In this document: positions 61,430-64,000 of the stretch, one piece after another
Layout: each line of letters starts with the position of its first letter
Numbering within the stretch: position 1 is the first letter of the stretch
Assembly (NCBI GenBank): GCA_964016885.1
Contig: OZ024740.1
Span: 344,038,001-344,102,000 of the forward strand
Reading direction: 5' to 3'
DNA length: 64,000 bases
DNA from: Eledone cirrhosa
Lineage: Eukaryota
Program-made: the position numbers and the translations under genes
The notes under the pieces: generated by a model
The model's database searches: none
What the model saw: the letters and a program-made list of their open reading frames with translations, nothing else
Told to the model about the DNA's origin: nothing

Positions 61430-62183
61430 TTTTTTCCTTTTATTTTTCTCTCTTTTTTTCTGGGTTAGAAAATATCTAAAACAAAATATTTTACCTTGTG
61501 TGAAGTGTTAAGGTATTAGTTAATTTATTTATTAATTAACAATTGCATTTATTTATTTATTTATTTATTTATATATTTAATAATTGTCTATTATTGGTTT
61601 CAGTATTTTATGCATTATCAAAGGGGGGAATTTGTATTAGTAAAAAATGTTGGAGATAAAATAATTTGATTTTGGACATGTTAAGGAAATGGGGAAGAAA
61701 GAATAATATTATTTACAAAAAGGTTTTTGAAGTAAAAAGAAAAAAGAAAAAAAAGTGGGTGATGGTAAGGTAATGGGAAAGAAAGAATAATATTATTTAC
61801 AGGCATAGTTCTTGAGGATAAGCAGTTCAAAATGTGTTATTATGGCAAGAGCGCTTGGTTGGTCCATAATGGAGGCAATTGGTAGTAAGGGGTTTGATAT
61901 GATTTCCCTCTTTAGAGAGTTAATATACAGGGGGAGGTAATTCAGAGTGGTCAAGTAGGAGAGAGAGAAATAAGAGGTATACAAATTCCCCCCTTTGATA
62001 ATTCATAAAATGCTGAAACCGGTAATAGAAAATTATTAAATATATAAATAATTAAATAAATAAATAAATAAATAAATGCCATTGTTAATTAATAAATAAA
62101 TTAACTAATACTTTAACACTTCACACAAAGTAAAATATTTTGCTTTAAACATTTTCTGACCCAGAAAAAAGAGAAAAGAATAA

Positions 62184-62259
<76 letters not shown>

Positions 62260-62475
62260 TTATTCTTTTCTCTTTTTTCTGGGTCAGAAAATGTTTAAAG
62301 CAAAATATTTTACTTTGTGTGAAGTGTTAAAGTATTAGTTAATTTATTTATTAATTAACAATGGCATTTATTTATTTATTTATTTGATTATTTATATATT
62401 TAATAATTTTCTATTACCGGTTTCAGCATTTTATGAATTATCAAAGGGGGGAATTTGTATACCTCTTATTTCTCT
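61430..62475. repeat. three copies of an AT-rich unit of about 210-225 bp: direct (61430-61637), inverted (61964-62188), direct (62256-62475)
   Basis: Copies 2 and 3 are near-identical inverted arms around a (TA)n tract; copy 1 is visibly more diverged. Confidence 0.9.
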
Positions 62476-63445
62476 ATATATATAAAGTTATGAAACGAAA
62501 GGAGCTGTGTGGTTACTGTGTGGTTACATAGATGCATGAGTATATAAATATAAACGTGCAAACACAGACACGCTTACAAAAATCAACATACACTCACGCA
62601 GGCAGCAGGCGCAAAGAGTGAGGAGTAGTATGAGGCAGTCAAACTACTCCTCTCTCTTTACATGTTGTGACAGAATCGCAGAAATTTATATAAAGATTTC
62701 ATTAACGACACATGTCTTAAGTTTTACAGGGAAAAGTAAAACAAGATACTGTGACAGTTATTTAAGTTTCAAGTGTATGATAGGCTTAAGTAAACCGAAT
62801 CGGTATCAAATGTTTAACATGAGCATAGTTCTTCTACATTGTCAATCCGGTGGTAAAATGCATAACCGTTTCACGACAGTGGTATATATAATTGAATGAA
62901 TCGTACAAGTCTGTCATGGCTATGATGTTTTCTTTTATTGGTATCTCCTGATATATATAAAACATATAAACGAAGGAGTTGCAGCTTTCTCTCTTGACCT
63001 ATTAGAAATACACACCTAATCATATATATATATGGAAAGTATACATTGCGTTAAAGTACGGCAGTGCATACAATACTTGAATAAAGTAAGATGGTCACAA
63101 CTGAAATACATATAATTAAGGATGGTCTAGGATTAAACATCAAAAACAAAAGACATAAAATCTACTAAAATAAGCAAATTACATATTACATAATCTCTAG
63201 CAATCTTCCGATTCTGTCATTCTGTTATTCACGATATATTAAAATCTTTGGCAATTATCAATATATTGGAACGTATTTATAGAAAGCTGTTGTTGATACT
63301 GCGGAATTTTTCCTACCATATCCACAGAGTTCGCTATTTCATGCGTGAACTCATTTTTTATGACGTTAACGAGTGAATTCAGAGAGACTTAGCTTTTATT
63401 TCTAGTACAATCAGCTATCACGTTGGCTCGCATTAATTTTTACGT

Positions 63446-63981
63446 CATACAGTTACGGCCATTCGTGTTCTAAGTTCAAATACCGCCCAGGTTAGCTTTG
63501 CCTTTCATCCTTACGCGGTCGATAAAATAAAGTATCAGTAACGCACTGGGGTCGATTTAATCGACTTTCCTCTCCCCTAAAAGTGCTGGCCTTGTGCCTA
63601 AATCAGAAACCATTTGGATTGGCAGTATCGGTAGAGCGTCAGACACCATACTTTGCAGCATAGAGTTATGGCCCTTTAGGTTCGGAGTTCAAATCCCGCC
63701 GAGCTAAACTTTGCCTTTCATCCTTACTGTGTCGATAAAATAAGTATCAATAATGCACTGGGATAATTGTTGGCCTTGGGCCAAATATAGAAACAATTAT
63801 TTTTTGCAGCATAGAGTTATTGCGTTTTACATTCTAAGTTCAAATCCCGCCGAGGTTAGCTTTGTCTTTCCTCCTTACGGGGTCGATAAAATAAAGTACT
63901 AATAACGCCCTGGTGTTGATTTAATCGACTTTCCCCACCCCTTAAAATTGCCGGCCTTGTGCCTAAATCAGAACCCATTAT
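63446..63981 (+). mobile_element. head-to-tail SINE trimer (63446-63614, 63615-63800, 63803-63981)
   Basis: Each copy has GTTCAAAT.CCGCC, the central domain and the tail; copies 1 and 3 carry an extra GTCGATTTAATCGACTTTCC..CCC segment. Confidence 0.9.
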
Positions 63982-64000
63982 TTTTTATATCTAATATCTA

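Overview
AT-rich, microsatellite-dense eukaryotic DNA with no supportable host protein-coding exon. The SINE family and the (TA)n/(CA)n/(GA)n load suggest a coleoid cephalopod such as Octopus (inference from sequence style only). About 30.7 kb (about 4950-35630) is one 24-bp minisatellite (ACAGTCAATACCACCAACACCACC, roughly 1250 units) with kilobase-scale internal duplications; it produces all the giant ORFs in the track. The rest holds tRNA-derived SINEs (several with target-site duplications), decayed LINE fragments (CRE-like, CR1/L2-like, RTE-like, possibly L1/Tx1) and a split, inverted Penelope-like element (RT plus GIY-YIG). The most interesting signal is a set of sequence-unrelated fold-back elements next to (TA)n tracts. 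Three of them carry type I hammerhead ribozyme folds in both arms (39546-39850, 39882-40422 and the Penelope ends at 58622/60987), which suggests a family of ribozyme-bearing, TA-targeting non-autonomous retroelements. All coordinates were read by eye and may be off by a few bases.
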